Assembly (NCBI GenBank): GCA_000091165.1
Contig: FP565575.1
Location: 1,200,001-1,232,000, forward strand
Direction of reading: 5' to 3'
From: Candidatus Methylomirabilis oxygeniifera
Lineage (GTDB): Bacteria > Methylomirabilota > Methylomirabilia > Methylomirabilales > Methylomirabilaceae
DNA: 32,000 nt
Made by a program: the position numbers and the translations under genes. Of this stretch, positions 29,421 to 32,000 are shown in pieces; within the stretch, counting starts at the first letter, position 1; each line of letters begins with the position of its first letter. The notes under the pieces were generated by a model. That model saw only the letters and a program-made list of their open reading frames with translations, searched no databases and was not told the DNA's origin.

Positions 29421-29449
29421 ATGGTACAAGGCGAGGACTCTCAAGTCAA
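29421..29449 (-). promoter_or_regulatory. Candidate sigma70-type promoter for DUF177-rpmF-plsX-fab block
   Basis: Minus strand: TTGACT (29449-29444), 17-nt spacer, TACCAT (29426-29421), about 28 nt upstream of ATG 29393. Confidence 0.5.
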
Positions 29450-29483
29450 GGAATTTCCTGACGGGACAGCCCCCGCTTCACGG

Positions 29484-29930
29484 TTATTTCAACGGTGAGT
29501 CGTCTCTTCCAACTACAGGAACGATCTCCAATCGATTAAAAAAATAAGGGATTTCAACAGCGGCTGATGCCGCCGAGTCTGAGCCATGCACAACGTTCCT
29601 CTCGATGCTGTCGGCAAAGCTCCGTCGGACTGTTCCCTCGGCAGCCTTATGCGGATCGGTAGCGCCCATGAGCGTCCGAACACGCCCTATCGCCCCCTCC
29701 CCTTCCAGAATCATCGGTACGCATGGTCCGGAGCTCATAAAACGTGTGAGGCTCTCAAAGAACGGCTGATGTCGATGCACCTGATAGAAACCCTCCGCCT
29801 CTTTTTGCGCCAGCCACACCATCTTCAGCCCGCATACCACCAATCCCTCCGACTCAAAGCGCCGAACGATCTCGCCGATCAGACCCCTCGCCACAGCATC
29901 CGGCTTCACAATAACCAAGGTTTGTTCCAT
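29484..29930 (-). CDS. ndk: Nucleoside diphosphate kinase
   Basis: QTLVIVKPDAVARGLIGEIV, LMGATDPHKAAEGTVRRSFA and NVVHGSDSAASAAVEIPYFF. Confidence 0.98.
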   Translation of the reverse strand: MEQTLVIVKPDAVARGLIGEIVRRFESEGLVVCGLKMVWLAQKEAEGFYQVHRHQPFFESLTRFMSSGPCVPMILEGEGAIGRVRTLMGATDPHKAAEGTVRRSFADSIERNVVHGSDSAASAAVEIPYFFNRLEIVPVVGRDDSPLK

Positions 29931-29971
29931 GTTGTCACTCCGTGATGATAAGGGCTGTCAGTTGTCTACTG

Positions 29972-30841
29972 TCAGCCGATGACTTTTTTTACAGCGGCTC
30001 CAATGTCTGCCGGGTTGTGCACTACAGCGATATCGGCACGCCGCAAGGCAGAGATCTTCTCTGTTGCTGTTCCTCTGCCACCCGAGATGATCGCCCCCGC
30101 ATGGCCCATACGTCGCTCGGGAGGGGCTGCCAGCCCGGCGACGTATGCGATGACCGGTTTCGTGACGTGCCGCTCAACGAAGGCCGCCGCCTCCTCTTCG
30201 GCAGTACCTCCGATCTCGCCGATCATCAGAATCGCCTCGGTCGCCCCATCGTTTTCGAAGAGCGCCAGGCAATCGACGAACGTGGTACCGATGATCGGAT
30301 CCCCACCGATTCCGATGCAGGTAGATTGGCCCAGACCCAGGCGCGTAAGCTGATTGACCGCCTCGTAGGTCAGCGTCCCGCTCCTTGAGATCACACCGAC
30401 CCTACCGGGTCTGTGGATCCGTCCCGGCATGATCCCCACCTTGGCTTGGTCCGGAGAGATGATCCCGGGGCAGTTCGGCCCAACCAGGCGGGTGTCAGAC
30501 CCGTGAAGTATACGGGCCACGCGCACCATATCCAAGATCGGAATCCCCTCCGTGATACACACGACCAGCGGAATCGCCGCATCGATCGCCTCGAGAATTG
30601 CGTCAGCGGCGAAGGCGGCAGGAACAAAGATCAAGGCGGTATTCGCATCCTCCTTCTCTACAGCCTCACGTACTGTATCAAAAACCGGAATCCCCTCGTG
30701 GGATATACCCCCCTTGCCGGGGGTCACGCCTGCGACTACGCGGGTCCCATACTCGCGACACGCCAAGGCGTGGAACGTGCCCTCCTTGCCGGTGATCCCC
30801 TGTACCACCACTCGTGTCTGTCGGTCTACCAGAATACTCAC
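29972..30841 (-). CDS. sucD: Succinyl-CoA synthetase (or related malate-CoA ligase) alpha subunit
   Basis: [49 protein letters not shown] and [17 protein letters not shown]. Confidence 0.95.
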   Translation of the reverse strand: MSILVDRQTRVVVQGITGKEGTFHALACREYGTRVVAGVTPGKGGISHEGIPVFDTVREAVEKEDANTALIFVPAAFAADAILEAIDAAIPLVVCITEGIPILDMVRVARILHGSDTRLVGPNCPGIISPDQAKVGIMPGRIHRPGRVGVISRSGTLTYEAVNQLTRLGLGQSTCIGIGGDPIIGTTFVDCLALFENDGATEAILMIGEIGGTAEEEAAAFVERHVTKPVIAYVAGLAAPPERRMGHAGAIISGGRGTATEKISALRRADIAVVHNPADIGAAVKKVIG

Positions 30842-30849
30842 GCCATATC

Positions 30850-32000
30850 CTATACCCTGAACCCTATACCCTGTCCGGAGGCCTTCACGGCCTTCTCGGC
30901 CGCATCCTGCATCCCTTCTGCGGTGATGAAATTCAGACCGGACTCAGTAAGCATACGCGTACCATGGTCCACATTGGTCCCCTCCATCCGAACTACAATC
31001 GGCATTGTCACCCCGAGGGAGCGAACCGCACGAATCACGCCCTCTGCCAGCCGCTCACACCTCAGGATTCCCCCGAAGATGTTGATAAGGACCACACGTA
31101 CGGATCGGTCTGAGATCAGAATGCGAAACGCCTGTTCGATCTGTTCAGCACTGGCGCCGCCGCCGACATCCAGAAAGTTGGCCGGTTCACCGCCGACAAA
31201 TTTGACGAGATCCATGGTCGCCATCGCCAAGCCGGCTCCGTTGACCATACATCCTACAGTACCGTCGAGCTTGATATAGTTTAGTCCGAACTTGGACGCC
31301 TCTATCTCCAGCGGCAGCTCCTCGTCTGGATCACGGAGCGCCTTCAGATCGGCGTGGCGAAAAAGGGCGTTATCATCGACATTGAGCTTGGCATCCAGGG
31401 CCAACAAGCGACCATCGGTCGTGATCACCAGAGGATTGATCTCGACCAAAGAACAATCTTTCTCCTGAAACACTCGATACAAGGCCGAAAATAGACCGGT
31501 AGCGGTACGTTGAACCTGCTGCGGCAGCGCGAGCCTCAACACAAGGCGGCGAATATGGAAGGACTGAAGTTGAACGGCCGGATCGACGACGACTCTCGTG
31601 ATACTCTCCGGATCCTTCGCGGCCACTTCTTCGATCTCCATCCCGCCGATCGCGCCGGCCATCATCACGGGCCGTGCCGCCCTGCGATCCAGGACGATCC
31701 CGGCGTACAGCTCCCGGCTGACGGCGACTTGTTCCTCGACAAGGATTCTTTTGACCACCCTGCCTTCAGGGCCGGTCTGATGGGTGACCAGGCGGGAACC
31801 GATGAGCCGCTCCGCCAACTCTTCCGCCTCCTGCGGCGACGATGCCGACAGGATCCCGCCACCCTTGCCTCGGCCGCCCGCATGAATCTGGGCCTTCAGC
31901 ACCACAGCGCCGCCAAGCTGCTCGGCAACACGCGCCGCGTCAACGGGCGTCGTGACCGCCTCCCCTTTTGGAACGGGTACCTCGTACGCGCCAAGGATCG
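30850..32000 (-). CDS. sucC: Succinyl-CoA synthetase (or related malate-CoA ligase) beta subunit, N-terminus beyond window
   Basis: Reads through the window edge: ..[48 protein letters not shown].., LEINPLV-type [24 protein letters not shown] and NIFGGILRC. Confidence 0.95.
   Translation of the reverse strand, partial: ILGAYEVPVPKGEAVTTPVDAARVAEQLGGAVVLKAQIHAGGRGKGGGILSASSPQEAEELAERLIGSRLVTHQTGPEGRVVKRILVEEQVAVSRELYAGIVLDRRAARPVMMAGAIGGMEIEEVAAKDPESITRVVVDPAVQLQSFHIRRLVLRLALPQQVQRTATGLFSALYRVFQEKDCSLVEINPLVITTDGRLLALDAKLNVDDNALFRHADLKALRDPDEELPLEIEASKFGLNYIKLDGTVGCMVNGAGLAMATMDLVKFVGGEPANFLDVGGGASAEQIEQAFRILISDRSVRVVLINIFGGILRCERLAEGVIRAVRSLGVTMPIVVRMEGTNVDHGTRMLTESGLNFITAEGMQDAAEKAVKASGQGIGFRV

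Noticed and set aside
30413-31279. 288-aa plus-strand ORF antisense to sucD/sucC.
   Set aside because: The opposite strand encodes SucD and SucC with all expected motifs; this reading looks like a composition artefact.
1-32000. tRNA/rRNA genes, CRISPR arrays, transposases, phage genes, toxin-antitoxin or classic defence loci.
   Set aside because: None could be recognised from sequence on either strand. The Uma2-like protein alone does not constitute a defence system.

Overview
The window is densely packed with bacterial housekeeping genes. It has no tRNA or rRNA, CRISPR array, prophage or transposase that I can recognise. Main blocks: (1) start of pilQ and pilP-O-N-M (1-3167, -). (2) A complete trp operon trpE-G-D-C-F-B-A plus a trxA-like thioredoxin (3388-10572, -). 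(3) A LuxR-type regulator (-). (4) rnc-smc-ftsY (+). (5) ribD-ribE-ribBA-ribH-nusB (+). (6) A small secreted hypothetical protein and a Uma2-like PD-(D/E)XK protein (-). (7) A fatty-acid/phospholipid block ordered yceD/DUF177-rpmF-plsX-fabH-fabD-fabG-acpP-fabF (-). (8) sucC(partial)-sucD-ndk (-). I see no convincing novel multi-gene system. The points worth following up are small: an apparent 1-nt frameshift that separates the FabD start from its FPGQGSQ motif; a palindromic 'NPPLIKGG'-type repeat that supplies the trpD stop codon and C-terminal tail, with a degraded relative after ftsY; an inverted repeat followed by a T-run between ribBA and ribH; a Ser at a metal-ligand position in RNase III; recurring TTGACN-N17/18-TA-type promoters, two with leaderless-like geometry; and a dyad upstream of the LuxR-type gene. 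All functional names come from recognising conserved motifs by eye. No database search was run.
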